Assembly: GCA_012520995.1 (NCBI GenBank)
Contig: JAAYNI010000046.1
Span: 42,650 to 106,649, forward strand
Origin: Candidatus Rifleibacteriota bacterium
GTDB lineage: Bacteria; Muiribacteriota; Ozemobacteria; Ozemobacterales; Ozemobacteraceae
Direction: 5' to 3'
DNA length: 64,000 nucleotides
Below the pieces are notes generated by a model. That model worked only from the letters and a program-made list of their open reading frames with translations. It did no database searches and was not told the origin of the DNA. The position numbers and the translations under genes were made by a program. This document shows, piece after piece, positions 9,776 to 19,758 of the stretch (position 1 is the stretch's first letter; each line of letters begins with the position of its first letter).

Positions 9776-11413
9776 ATGACAAACATTGAAGCCGAACAAT
9801 TAAACAAAATAAACGAAGCTGCAAGCGAAACTTCCGCTTCTGAAACCACAATAAATCTCAGCAGAATTGCCTTGGCCACTTCAGCAATGATTGCTTTGGC
9901 AGTCAGCCTGTTCGTTATTTTTTACAAAAAACCTGTATTAAATTTTGTTATTTTAGGAATGGGCAGGGGCAATGTTTATCCGACAAAAGGGAAATTTGAG
10001 CCGCATAAAGGCCGTACAGTAGGCGGCTATGAGACAATAGCAACTATGATTCAAAAACGCCTGGAAACATATCAAAAGAAAAAACAGCCTTCCTTTACAA
10101 TATCTCTTGGCACAGAACTCGTCGGGAGCGCTGAGGCTTTAATGACTGAAGGCGAAATAATTGTAGAAGCTTTCAATACTTTGGGAGTTGAAGCTATGCT
10201 TTTGAGCAATATAGACTTCACTTACGGAGTTTCTCGTCTTAAAGAACTAAAAAGAAAAGCAAAGTTCCCCTTTATTGCAACTAACGTTTCAGACGAAAAC
10301 CTGACTTCTCCGCCTTTCTACTCTTCCTATGCTGTAGTCAAACCCTCCGGAATCTTATTCCCAAGTTCTTCTATTAAAGTAGCATTTTTGGGCATCACCC
10401 CAGTAGACACCCCGAATCTGACTCCTGCGGAAAACATAGAAGGGCTAACCTTTCACAACCCAGCCAACATTTTATCCGAAGCAGTTCAAAAACAACGCAG
10501 CAATGGAGCAAACCTGGTAGTTTTAATGACGCAATACAGCCGTGAATATATTACAAATGCCGAATGGCAAGCCATAGCCAAAGCAGCCCCAGACATTTGT
10601 TTCATGCTAGATCACGCCATTGAAGCTCCAAGACCGTATATGCGCGACGGAATTCTTGTTTCTACTATAAGCGCCTATAACCGTACATACGAGACAGACT
10701 TCTTGGCAGTTGAAATAGAACCTTTCACAGGCAAGATTTCCAATGTCTCATATGAACGTCTTCCAAATGACTCCGCTATTTACGAAAAAAATCCAAAAAT
10801 GACGGCAATGCTAGCCTCTTCAACAGTCAAAATTGCATCAACCAGAGATGAAATTATAGGTTATTTTGCAAACTCTGCTGAAAAAGCTTACAAAAGCGAA
10901 TGCCCCATAGGAAACTTTATAACAGATATAATGAGAGAAACAACAAGCACCGACATTGCTTTCCAAAACAGCGGATCAATTCGTTCCTCTGTGAACGCTG
11001 GCGCCTTTACTTACGGAGATCTATGCTTGCTGCTGCCATTTGATAACAATATTGTTGAAATGGAGCTGACAGGCGAACAAATTATGACACTCTTAAGAAA
11101 GTCTCTCCATATGAAACGTGGGCTTTTACAGGTTTCAGGATTAAGATATAAAAAAGTTCCTTCTGAAAAACCACATAACTTTGAAATAGAAGTCACCCTG
11201 GACAACGAGACTCCTTTTGAACTGCAAACCACTTACAAAGTTGTAACCAACTCCTTTTTGGCTGGAGGCGGAGACCTTTTCCAAGAACTCGCTGAAGGCA
11301 AAAATATAAAACACTTCGGTTCTTTACGCGAAGCCCTAAAAAAAGCCATAGAAACCTCTTCTCCTGAAGCTCCCATAACCCTGAAGACCGAGGGCAGAAT
11401 TTTTGCCGAATGA
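9776..11413 (+). CDS. 5'-nucleotidase/UshA-family protein, membrane-anchored, with degenerate metallophosphatase motifs
   Basis: N-terminal TM helix. The C-terminal domain has the 5'-nucleotidase substrate-binding signature (GNFITDIMRE..., NSFLAGGGDLFQEL). The N-terminal phosphoesterase motifs are replaced: GMGRGNV for DHH, ISLGTELVGS for GGD, SNIDFTYG for GNHEFD. Confidence 0.55.
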   Translation: MTNIEAEQLNKINEAASETSASETTINLSRIALATSAMIALAVSLFVIFYKKPVLNFVILGMGRGNVYPTKGKFEPHKGRTVGGYETIATMIQKRLETYQKKKQPSFTISLGTELVGSAEALMTEGEIIVEAFNTLGVEAMLLSNIDFTYGVSRLKELKRKAKFPFIATNVSDENLTSPPFYSSYAVVKPSGILFPSSSIKVAFLGITPVDTPNLTPAENIEGLTFHNPANILSEAVQKQRSNGANLVVLMTQYSREYITNAEWQAIAKAAPDICFMLDHAIEAPRPYMRDGILVSTISAYNRTYETDFLAVEIEPFTGKISNVSYERLPNDSAIYEKNPKMTAMLASSTVKIASTRDEIIGYFANSAEKAYKSECPIGNFITDIMRETTSTDIAFQNSGSIRSSVNAGAFTYGDLCLLLPFDNNIVEMELTGEQIMTLLRKSLHMKRGLLQVSGLRYKKVPSEKPHNFEIEVTLDNETPFELQTTYKVVTNSFLAGGGDLFQELAEGKNIKHFGSLREALKKAIETSSPEAPITLKTEGRIFAE

Positions 11414-11453
11414 ACATATTGTTTAACTGGCAATTTATGGTAGAATATCTCAT

Positions 11454-13031
11454 ATGATAAGAACTCCATGGTTTGACAACAAACAAGTCTCAGCACGTGA
11501 AGCTGAACTTGCTAAAGAAAATGAGCTTCTAAAAAAGCAGATCAGGGACTTGCTCACTCTTGAGGAGACGGGTTTCTTTGTTGAGCTCGATTCTCTCTTA
11601 AGAGCCACTTTGAATAAAACTCTCATGCTCTGCAAAGCAGAAGCCTCTTTCCTTGCGTTGACCGGCGACAAACCATACGACCTTGATGTAAGAATCAGCA
11701 ACAGTGTTCCCGAAGAAAAACTTCAAGAAATAAAAGACGCATTCAAAGATATGTATGATGAATGGCAAGAACATGAAAGTAATATCATATCCATTAAGGA
11801 ATTTACTCTTCTTCCATTAATGCGCCGTCATAAACTGCTGGGAATGATCGGTCTGAAGCTCAATTCTTCAGCTCCTGACAATCTAATGGATATACTTCCT
11901 ATTTTGGCAAGCAGAGCGGCATCTTCATTAGAGAGTGCCATACTTTACGAAAAGATGTTCAAACGTCTGCTAGTTTTGAGCAATGTTTTTGTTCTTGGCA
12001 AGGAAATTGTCTCCAACATAGACATTAATTCACTTTTAGAAAAATTCAGTTCTATATCATGTGATGGAACTGAAAGCCAAGTCGCTTGCGTTTATCGTTT
12101 CCAAAACACAGATATAGCCTCACAATATGCTCGCTGCTCCATAGGAGGAGAAACAGTCATAGTATCAAACGTAAGGCTTTATACTCCTATTCTTGAAGAA
12201 GTCAGGAATAAAGGCAAAATGATACTGGAAAACGACTTAGAAAATTCAAAATATAAAGACACTGAGCCTGACAAGATCCCAGGAGTTAAATTAAAAGACA
12301 CTTTAATTATACCTTTGAGCCAACAAGACAAAAGCCTAGGCGCCATACAGGTAGCCAATAAGCAAAGCCCTGGCGGTTATACTGTTGATGACATAGATCT
12401 TTTGCAGATACTTGCCAATCAGCTGGCTTCCGTTTTGCAAAATGCAGATTTGTTTTACAATCTGCAAAAAGCTTACATGGACACGCTTTCTGCTCTAACA
12501 AGCGCAATAGATGCAAAAGACAGCTATACCAAAGGTCATTCAGACAGAGTCACAGAAATCAGCGTGACTTTGGGAGCAGCACTTAATCTGCCGCAAAGCG
12601 AGATAGAAAAACTCAGACTCGGCGGAATGTTGCATGATATCGGAAAAATAGGCATTCCGGAACTCGTTCTCAACAAGCCCGGGCACCTTAGCGATGACGA
12701 ATACAATATAATGAAGTCCCATCCCACACAAGGCGTAGCCATTCTCGAAAACGTTCAGTTTCTAGAAAATGTTATTCCGATAGTTCGCTCCCATCACGAG
12801 CGCTATGACGGACGAGGCTATCCAGATTCCCTCAAAGGAGATGAGATACCTTTTTTGGCAAGAATAGTCAGTATAGCTGATACCTATGACGCAATGACGA
12901 CAGATCGCCCATACAGAAAAGCTTTGTCAGCACAGGAAGCTGTTAAAGAAATTAAGAGATGTGCTGGCACCCAATTCGACCCGCATATTGCAAAAACTTT
13001 TATAGAATTAGTTGAGAAAACAAAGATTTAA
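11454..13031 (+). CDS. GAF-domain HD-GYP c-di-GMP phosphodiesterase
   Basis: The C-terminal HD-GYP block is HSDRVTEISVTLG...LGGMLHDIGKIGIPE...VRSHHERYDGRGYPD...IADTYDAMTTDRPYRKA. The N-terminal ~330 aa are GAF-like. Confidence 0.8.
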   Translation: MIRTPWFDNKQVSAREAELAKENELLKKQIRDLLTLEETGFFVELDSLLRATLNKTLMLCKAEASFLALTGDKPYDLDVRISNSVPEEKLQEIKDAFKDMYDEWQEHESNIISIKEFTLLPLMRRHKLLGMIGLKLNSSAPDNLMDILPILASRAASSLESAILYEKMFKRLLVLSNVFVLGKEIVSNIDINSLLEKFSSISCDGTESQVACVYRFQNTDIASQYARCSIGGETVIVSNVRLYTPILEEVRNKGKMILENDLENSKYKDTEPDKIPGVKLKDTLIIPLSQQDKSLGAIQVANKQSPGGYTVDDIDLLQILANQLASVLQNADLFYNLQKAYMDTLSALTSAIDAKDSYTKGHSDRVTEISVTLGAALNLPQSEIEKLRLGGMLHDIGKIGIPELVLNKPGHLSDDEYNIMKSHPTQGVAILENVQFLENVIPIVRSHHERYDGRGYPDSLKGDEIPFLARIVSIADTYDAMTTDRPYRKALSAQEAVKEIKRCAGTQFDPHIAKTFIELVEKTKI

Positions 13032-13112
13032 TTTAGAGCCGTTCTGCCTAAAACTTGCAGACGTTTGCTCGCATAGATATAGAGTTGCTCTTAAAGAAGG
13101 AGACTTTCTGAA

Positions 13113-14399
13113 ATGACTTTTGAAACAGAATATGCTGCCGGTAAGCAGGCTCATAAAGAGAAAAACTTCAAAAAAGCTAAGGAGCATCTGGAAAAAGCCT
13201 TAGCAATAAAGCCTAACGATGTTTACGCAATGAACAAACTGGCAGTGGTTCTCAGAGAAATGGGGGATTTAAAAGGAGCCGAAGATATCTTAGGCTATTC
13301 TTTGCAAGTTAAAAATGATGACCTTTACTCCAATTATCTTCTCGGAAATACTCTTATAGAAAAGGGCGATTTTAAGAGTGCTATAAAAAACCTTAAGCAC
13401 ACTTTAAAACTCAAACCCAACGACAAGTACACCCTAAACTCCTTGGCTTTGGCAAACAAAATGATGGGCGACTATGATGAATGTATCGTCATTCTAAAAA
13501 AAATCTTAGAAATAGACCCTGACGATCTCTATAACAAGGTCAGCCTTGCCACCACCTACATGGAAATGGGCGAGTTTGATTTGGCTCGTGACCTTCTTGA
13601 GGAAATACTGAAAAAAGATGAAACAAACGTTGACGCTAACGTTCTTGAAGGCAGGCTTTTTCTTGAAAACAAAGACTACCAGAGAGCCCAAAACAGTTTC
13701 AACAAAGCACTGAACACTAATCCCGAACATAGCGCTGCACATTATTATTTAGGCAGAGTATGCCTCGAAATAAACTACTCCGATGAAGCCAGATTGCATT
13801 TCAACGAAGCTTTGCGTTTTACAAGAAATCAAATTCCAATACTGCTGAATTTAGGCATTATTTTCACTAGTAAGCGCATGTACGATGATGCAGAAGAAAA
13901 CCTTTCAATGGCTTTGGATTTGGAAAGTGAAAATGCCGATGCTCTTACTAATATGGGAAAACTCCTTATACTGCAAGGCAAGCCCAATGAAGCAATATTG
14001 CACCTGAATAAGGCATTAGGACTTGATCCTAACTCTGCCTTCGCATATTACAACTTGGCAAAAGCCTATCAAGCTTTGAACAAGCCGGATAACGTTATAA
14101 AGAACCTCTATCTAGCCCTTAAATACGAACCGGAAGACTTCTATGCCGCTAACGAACTTGGCAAGCTTTTACTGGAACGAAAAGAATATGAAGAAGCCAT
14201 AAAAGTTTTCGATACTGGCGCAAAGGGAGCCTACCCTGACAAATATTCTCTTTTAGGCAAGGCTCAAGCTTTAAAAGCCTTAGGCAAAAACAGAGCAGCA
14301 CTCAAAATTGTAAAACAAATTGAAAAAGATTTTGATAACTTCACTGATTCTTTCACTGACGAACTCACTTATATGAAAACTATTCTCAAGGGTTCCTAA
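13113..14399 (+). CDS. TPR-repeat protein
   Basis: About 11 tandem 34-aa TPR-like units (A/Y/L periodicity); AAGGAGA ribosome-binding site. Confidence 0.7.
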   Translation: MTFETEYAAGKQAHKEKNFKKAKEHLEKALAIKPNDVYAMNKLAVVLREMGDLKGAEDILGYSLQVKNDDLYSNYLLGNTLIEKGDFKSAIKNLKHTLKLKPNDKYTLNSLALANKMMGDYDECIVILKKILEIDPDDLYNKVSLATTYMEMGEFDLARDLLEEILKKDETNVDANVLEGRLFLENKDYQRAQNSFNKALNTNPEHSAAHYYLGRVCLEINYSDEARLHFNEALRFTRNQIPILLNLGIIFTSKRMYDDAEENLSMALDLESENADALTNMGKLLILQGKPNEAILHLNKALGLDPNSAFAYYNLAKAYQALNKPDNVIKNLYLALKYEPEDFYAANELGKLLLERKEYEEAIKVFDTGAKGAYPDKYSLLGKAQALKALGKNRAALKIVKQIEKDFDNFTDSFTDELTYMKTILKGS

Positions 14400-15316
14400 T
14401 GCAAACGCAATTTACCATTGTTGTTCCGGATAACCTTGAAGAATCTCTGTTTTTATTAGGTGAAATAAATTATTTCCCGGTTTTCTCAGCTCCAGTCATC
14501 CTTGAAGAGGGAAAAACCGAAATGGGATACTCACTCACGGGGAAAACCTCTGTCACTTTGACTGCTTCCGGAGATGATGAAGCAAACAAGCTGAAAGAGC
14601 TATTGCTAATTTGGCTAAAAGAGAACGATATCCCTTTTTCTGCCATGACTTCTGAAAAATATGCAGAAAACAAAAACTGGATGGAAAACTTCAAAGAGTT
14701 TTTCAAGCCAATAGAAATAGCTGACAAAATTGTTGTAAGACCGACTTGGGAACCCCCGCTCCCTGCAGAAAATAAACCAGGAGCCACAATAATTCTCATT
14801 GAGCCTGGAATGGCTTTTGGCACAGGAACTCACGAAACCACGAAACTTTGCTTAGAATTGATGTCAGAAACAGACTTTTCTGGAAAAACTCTTTATGACT
14901 TAGGCGCAGGTTCAGGCATATTATCTTTTTATGCTTTAAAAAATGGAGCCAAGGAAGCTATCGCCATAGAAATTGAAGAAGAAGCCGTAGAAAACCTCAA
15001 AGAAAATGCGGCTTTAAATAAAATTCCTGAAGATAAGTTTCTTCCTGTTTGTGCAGATCTTGCAAACTTTAAGCCAGAAAAACCCGCCGATGTGCTTCTT
15101 GCCAATATCGACTCTCCCACAATACTGAAAAATTTAAATTTCTTCCCCAGTTACCTAAAAAAAGGAGGATTGGCCTTCTTTTCAGGTATAGGCATGAGAC
15201 TGGCTGAAGAAGTAAAACAGGGTCTCCAAAACAACGGCTGGGAACTTCTTGAAGAAAGACTAATGAATGACTGGCGAGCCCTTCTGGCACGTCTTAAGAA
15301 AACCAGTGATAAGTGA
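14399..15316 (+). CDS. prmA: Ribosomal protein L11 methyltransferase
   Basis: IEPGMAFGTGTHETTKLCLE and DLGAGSGILS (SAM motif I). The start overlaps the upstream stop (TAATG). Confidence 0.8.
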   Translation: MQTQFTIVVPDNLEESLFLLGEINYFPVFSAPVILEEGKTEMGYSLTGKTSVTLTASGDDEANKLKELLLIWLKENDIPFSAMTSEKYAENKNWMENFKEFFKPIEIADKIVVRPTWEPPLPAENKPGATIILIEPGMAFGTGTHETTKLCLELMSETDFSGKTLYDLGAGSGILSFYALKNGAKEAIAIEIEEEAVENLKENAALNKIPEDKFLPVCADLANFKPEKPADVLLANIDSPTILKNLNFFPSYLKKGGLAFFSGIGMRLAEEVKQGLQNNGWELLEERLMNDWRALLARLKKTSDK

Positions 15317-15428
15317 TAAATAGCGAGCAGGGAGTTTTAATAATGTAAAGTGTAGAATGTAGAGTGCAAAAACAAATGTTCGGTTTTCTGTTCTTTCTAC
15401 TCCCTACGCTCTAATCCCTACTCCCTGA

Positions 15429-15550
15429 GGCTGTCCGAAAACTCCATTTTTCTCCGATTTTCGAGATTTTTTTCAAACTCACTATTTAAGCCTATTTCAG
15501 AGACTGAGTTTTTTTTGAATTTTAAGTTTTTAGGTAGTTTTCGGACAGTC
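15429..15550. repeat. Inverted repeat (ctgtccgaaaact / agttttcggacag) in the convergent prmA/HD-gene gap
   Basis: 13-bp perfect inverted arms at 15431-15443 and 15536-15548, extendable to about 17 bp with one mismatch (gaggctgtccgaaaact vs agttttcggacagtctc). The arms are about 92 bp apart. Confidence 0.5.
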
Positions 15551-15626
15551 TCCCCTAATTTTAAGCTGTGCTTAAAATCCCGTCTTCGTAATCTGTGAAT
15601 AGAAAAGTTCTAGAGAAAAAGCAGCA

Positions 15627-16091
15627 TCAGGATGCGTCGTCGAACCTCTGGAATATAGCCAGAAGTTCTGTAGGCGGCACTTTGGAATTATGCATTAGCG
15701 CCTCTCTTGCGTAAACTTCAAACCCATCATATTTTTTAAGCAAATTATATCCTGTTATGCAATGAAGACTTTTAGAACGTCTCAACAAAATATCTGCAAC
15801 TTTTTTCAGAAGGCTTCTATGATTATTATACTTGCCTATATCATGAAGCAAAGCAGTCTTCTGCAAGTGAGCTCGTTCCTCATCCGACAAAAACTTTGCA
15901 GCTGTTATTTTTTTGTGTAGCCTGCAAAGATGTTTTTTATCTGCTTTGCTCATCAAACTTAACTTATCACGCAAATCTGCCGGCAATCCTTTGGAAGCCT
16001 CCATCAAGTAAACTTCGTCCAGCGGCTCTAAAATAGCTAGCGAAAACTGCCTGAAACGTATAGCAAAGGCTGACAAAATTTTAAAAATCAC
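15627..16091 (-). CDS. Small HD-domain-like protein (hypothetical)
   Basis: LLHDIGK motif with His residues spaced like an HD hydrolase. Overlaps the rarA stop by 4 nt, so it is probably co-transcribed. Confidence 0.4.
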   Translation of the reverse strand: MIFKILSAFAIRFRQFSLAILEPLDEVYLMEASKGLPADLRDKLSLMSKADKKHLCRLHKKITAAKFLSDEERAHLQKTALLHDIGKYNNHRSLLKKVADILLRRSKSLHCITGYNLLKKYDGFEVYAREALMHNSKVPPTELLAIFQRFDDAS

Positions 16092-17422
16092 TTTTTATAT
16101 CTCTCTGGCCAACGTTCTTTAAGTTGCTTGATAGCATTATTTTCCTTGCCTCTCGCATTAGGCTCATAAAATTGTTCAAAAGGCATTTCATCAGGAAAAT
16201 AATTTTCTTTTACAAAGGCATCTGGAAAATCATGAGGATATCTGTAATCTTTAGCATAGCCAAGATTTTTCATCAACTTGGTAGGCGCATTTCTTAGATG
16301 CTGAGGAACAGGATAATCCGGATTTTGTCTTATAAATGCCTTTGCTTTTTTCTCTGCCACATAAAGGCTGTTACTCTTTGGAGCCGCCGCCAGATAAACA
16401 GCCAGTTGAGCCAAAAAGAGATGACCTTCGGGAGGACCTGTATAATCAAAAGCTTGAGCAGCAGACATTGCTAATGTCAAGGCGAAGGGATCTGCCATGC
16501 CGACATCCTCCGCAGCAAACCTTATCATGCGCCTTAAAACAAACTTGGAGTTTTCTCCCGATTCTATAATTCTATAAAGCCAATAAAGAGCCGCGTCAGG
16601 ATCGGAGCCTCTTAATGATTTATGCAGAGCGGAAATAAGGTTATAGTGCTCTTCACCTGTTTTGTCATATTTAAAGACTCTGCTCTTGAATGTTTCAGCT
16701 AACAAATCCTGAGTTACGACCGGCTTTTCAGGGTTTACATTTCTAGCCAGATTCACAGCCGTTTCCAACATATTCAAAGCAATCCTTGCATCTCCTTGGG
16801 CATATTCGGCGATGCTTTCCAAGGATTCATCCGATATTTCTGGAACAACAGGAAAATTTATTTTTTCATCTTGAGCCAGAGCTCTTACAAGAGCCTGAAT
16901 AAGAGCAGATTTTGAGAGAGCTCTCAATACCACCACCCTGCATCTGGAGAGAAGTGCCGCAACCACTTCAAAACTTGGATTTTCCGTAGTAGCACCAATA
17001 AGCGTAATTAAACCTGATTCAACATGAGGTAAAAGAGCATCTTGCTGTGCCTTATTGAATCTGTGAATCTCGTCTACAAATAGAACAGTTTTCTTGCCGA
17101 CTTTCCGATTGTTTTTAGCTGCCTCAAAAGCATCTTTCAGATCTTTGACTCCTGAGGTCACCGCAGACAACTGTAAAAATATTGCATCAGCATAACGTGA
17201 CATGACTTGAGCCAAAGTAGTTTTACCGCAGCCAGGCGGTCCCCAAAATATCACTGAGCCAGCTTGGCCCGACTCAGCCAAAATACGGAAAGGCCTTCCC
17301 TCGCCTGTAATTTCCTCTTGGCCTACTATTTCATCAAATGTCACAGGTCTCATACGATCCGGGAGAGGGCTGTGGACTTCCGTAAATTGTGCCGAACCTT
17401 CGGAAAAATTGAATAAATCCAT
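16088..17422 (-). CDS. rarA: Replication-associated recombination protein A (AAA+ ATPase)
   Basis: GPPGCGKTTLA Walker A, VLFVDEIHRFNKAQQDALLPHVE, and a MgsA C-terminal domain. Confidence 0.9.
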   Translation of the reverse strand: MDLFNFSEGSAQFTEVHSPLPDRMRPVTFDEIVGQEEITGEGRPFRILAESGQAGSVIFWGPPGCGKTTLAQVMSRYADAIFLQLSAVTSGVKDLKDAFEAAKNNRKVGKKTVLFVDEIHRFNKAQQDALLPHVESGLITLIGATTENPSFEVVAALLSRCRVVVLRALSKSALIQALVRALAQDEKINFPVVPEISDESLESIAEYAQGDARIALNMLETAVNLARNVNPEKPVVTQDLLAETFKSRVFKYDKTGEEHYNLISALHKSLRGSDPDAALYWLYRIIESGENSKFVLRRMIRFAAEDVGMADPFALTLAMSAAQAFDYTGPPEGHLFLAQLAVYLAAAPKSNSLYVAEKKAKAFIRQNPDYPVPQHLRNAPTKLMKNLGYAKDYRYPHDFPDAFVKENYFPDEMPFEQFYEPNARGKENNAIKQLKERWPERYKK

Positions 17423-17493
17423 AGTTAGAGTGAAAATTCTCGCAATTATTTAATTACATTTAACAAATAACCTGTTATCATGCGATTATAGCA

Positions 17494-17499
17494 TATAAT
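17494..17499 (+). promoter_or_regulatory. Candidate -10 hexamer TATAAT upstream of the HIT gene
   Basis: TATAAT at 17494-17499, about 20 nt before the ATG at 17518. I found no convincing -35, so this is weak. Confidence 0.25.
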
Positions 17500-17517
17500 T
17501 TTTAGAGAGTTGCAACT

Positions 17518-18021
17518 ATGGTATATGACAAACAACTTTTTATTCCAAATAAGAGAGATTATATTAAGGGGGATAAACGACCCGATGTTGAATGCATAAT
17601 CTGCTCGATCTTGGATGAGGATCCTGAAGTAACAAATCTGCTCATTTGGAAAAACGATCAGCTCGGCATCTCAGTAAATCTCTATCCCTACAATGCCGGG
17701 CATGTTATGATTTTTCCTACCAGGCATGTCACAGATGTGCGTGAACTGACAGAGGAAGAAATGCTCAATATAGAGCGCTTAACTGCTAAAACCATGGACA
17801 TTCTGGATAAGCAATATCAGCCTGCCGGCTACAACATTGGCTACAACATTGGCTATGCCTCCGGAGCCAGTGTCAAACACCTTCACAAACACATTGTACC
17901 GCGATATATAAGAGAACTTGGCTTCATGGACGTAATAGGTGGTTCTAAGATCATCATAGAAGATCCCAAAGTCACTGTCAAAAACCTGACAGAGGCCTTT
18001 AAAAATGTTAAGCTGCCTTGA
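17518..18021 (+). CDS. HIT-family (histidine triad) nucleotide hydrolase
   Basis: HxHxHxx motif KHLHKHIVPR and the HIT fold pattern. Contains an internal GYNIGYNIGY tandem duplication. Confidence 0.75.
   Translation: MVYDKQLFIPNKRDYIKGDKRPDVECIICSILDEDPEVTNLLIWKNDQLGISVNLYPYNAGHVMIFPTRHVTDVRELTEEEMLNIERLTAKTMDILDKQYQPAGYNIGYNIGYASGASVKHLHKHIVPRYIRELGFMDVIGGSKIIIEDPKVTVKNLTEAFKNVKLP
17827..17856 (+). repeat. In-frame 12-nt tandem duplication (ggctacaacatt x2 + ggctat) inside the HIT gene
   Basis: Two perfect 12-nt copies at 17827-17838 and 17839-17850, then a partial third. They encode GYNI-GYNI-GY. Confidence 0.8.
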
Positions 18022-18116
18022 AAATATAAGCATATTTTTCTCTATAAAAAACTAAGAGAATATACCTAAGATGTGTTATACTTCCCCTGTTAATGTTTTG
18101 AAAGGAAAAGGTACAA

Positions 18117-18904
18117 TGAAAAAACTCCTTGCCTGTCTTCTAATTTTCGGTCTTTTAGCTTCTGCCAACACTCTTTTAGCTTTCTCAGAAGGCGATTGCG
18201 AATATTTTGGCTACTCTGATGACATGCGTGATTTCATAGCTGAAAACACTGGTCTTTTTCAAACAAAAGCTCAAAAAAAAGCAGAGGAAAGAGCAGCAAA
18301 AAAAGCCGCACAAGAAGCTGCCGCACTTGCAGCAAGACAAGGCAAGAATTCTTGTATTAACTGCCCCGAGCACTGTGGAGGGGTACATTCTTCTTTGCCG
18401 GCAGCAAAGGAACAAATAATTTCTGAAGCCTTAACAGAAGAAGCTGACTACACAACTGAACAGCTCAAAGAATTGGCTGTCACACGTTCAATTGATCCCA
18501 ATCAGCCTTCTAACGCTCTGGGGATTCACAGTAAAGTATACAGCTATTGGGACTACATGTCTCCTGCAGAAGGTCCTCAGCCTCTAAGCGAAGACATTAA
18601 ACAAGCTATCAAAGAAAACATGGCCTATGCCCTTCAGCAAAAAGGCTACCAGATTGTACAGTTAGAACTTTTACCTCTGCCGGAAAACAATCCTCAAGAA
18701 GCTCTCAGAGCACTTGTAAGAGTCACAAAACCTCTCAAGTCCAGACGTTCTTATAAAGAAATTCAGGGAAACTTGTCAGAAATAAAAAAGGTTTGTGCAA
18801 CTGCTGCAACCCTAGACGGTAAAAATTATCTTTCCGAGATGACCACCTTCATTGCTGAAAATCCGAGCAACCAGTATTATTACGAAAAGACAATACTTCA
18901 CTGA
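18117..18904 (+). CDS. Secreted hypothetical protein
   Basis: Start chosen at the ATG at 18117, which has an AAAGGAAAAGG ribosome-binding site. Signal peptide MKKLLACLLIFGLLASANTLLA. No recognisable domain. Confidence 0.5.
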
Positions 18905-18912
18905 GCTTCTCG

Positions 18913-19347
18913 ATGAAACTACCCAAGAGCAAAAACTTTGCAATTTTACAGTATGCTATGGGCTTGCTGCTAATAATAGCATTCTCTGCCATAGCATCTG
19001 TAATTTTGTATTCTTTTAAGCCGCAATTCGCTTTAATGGGAGTATTAGCAGGCGGTACCTTAGGAGCTGTGTTAGCTGTTCATGAATACACTGTTTATGG
19101 CTGTGTTGCAGGAATGCTTTTAGGCTTTCTGATAGCTCCGATCTTTTTCTTTGCTGTTGACTTGGAAACAGCAGGTTTAGCTCTCTTTATTTGCTCTCTC
19201 ATGGGCGCTATCTTGGGTGAACCTGCTAGAGCTTTTTTTATGCCGGAGACTTATGAAGAGCATAACTCCAAGTATTCTAATAAAACTCCCAAGAAATTAA
19301 AAGATGCCACAGAAGCAACGGCTTCCTCGCAAACTCTTGAGCGTTAA
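18913..19347 (+). CDS. Small integral membrane protein (hypothetical)
   Basis: 3-4 predicted hydrophobic helices (glycine-rich TM segments). Confidence 0.45.
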   Translation: MKLPKSKNFAILQYAMGLLLIIAFSAIASVILYSFKPQFALMGVLAGGTLGAVLAVHEYTVYGCVAGMLLGFLIAPIFFFAVDLETAGLALFICSLMGAILGEPARAFFMPETYEEHNSKYSNKTPKKLKDATEATASSQTLER

Positions 19348-19349
19348 CT

Positions 19350-19754
19350 ATGAGCCGTTTGCGTCTTCTTTTGCTATCCGAGAAAGAAAAAGTCTCAGGA
19401 CTGATTCCCTCATATGGGGTTTTGCCAGTTCTATACGCCGTTTCCACTGACCCTTCAGACTTAACAAACTTTTGGAACAATGTAAAAATAGCAGATAAGT
19501 CTTTAGAGAAGCTTTTTACTGCCGCAATAGACCCTTCCCCTACAATGAAACCTAACTCAGAAGGCCTGCTCGTAGTAAACTTTGCAGAAAAAATTATTTC
19601 ATCATTTCAAAGATATCTGCCTATAAGAAGAGCTGGCACCTTGTCTCATCACAACGGCTTATTTTCAGAGCAGGAACTCCCAGACTCACAGCCCCTTTTC
19701 TACAAGCTGCCAACCTCATGGCAAATAAAAAATTATCCCTTTGGAAAAAAGTAG
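19350..19754 (+). CDS. Hypothetical protein
   Basis: ORF co-directional with and abutting its neighbours. No recognisable motif. Confidence 0.35.
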   Translation: MSRLRLLLLSEKEKVSGLIPSYGVLPVLYAVSTDPSDLTNFWNNVKIADKSLEKLFTAAIDPSPTMKPNSEGLLVVNFAEKIISSFQRYLPIRRAGTLSHHNGLFSEQELPDSQPLFYKLPTSWQIKNYPFGKK

Positions 19755-19758
19755 ACCG

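Noticed and set aside
15400-15430. ccctacgctctaatccctactccctgagg resembling ccctaacccctagtccctga at 24096-24115
   Set aside because: Only short, low-complexity CCCT-type similarity with no extended alignment. Insufficient to call a repeat family.
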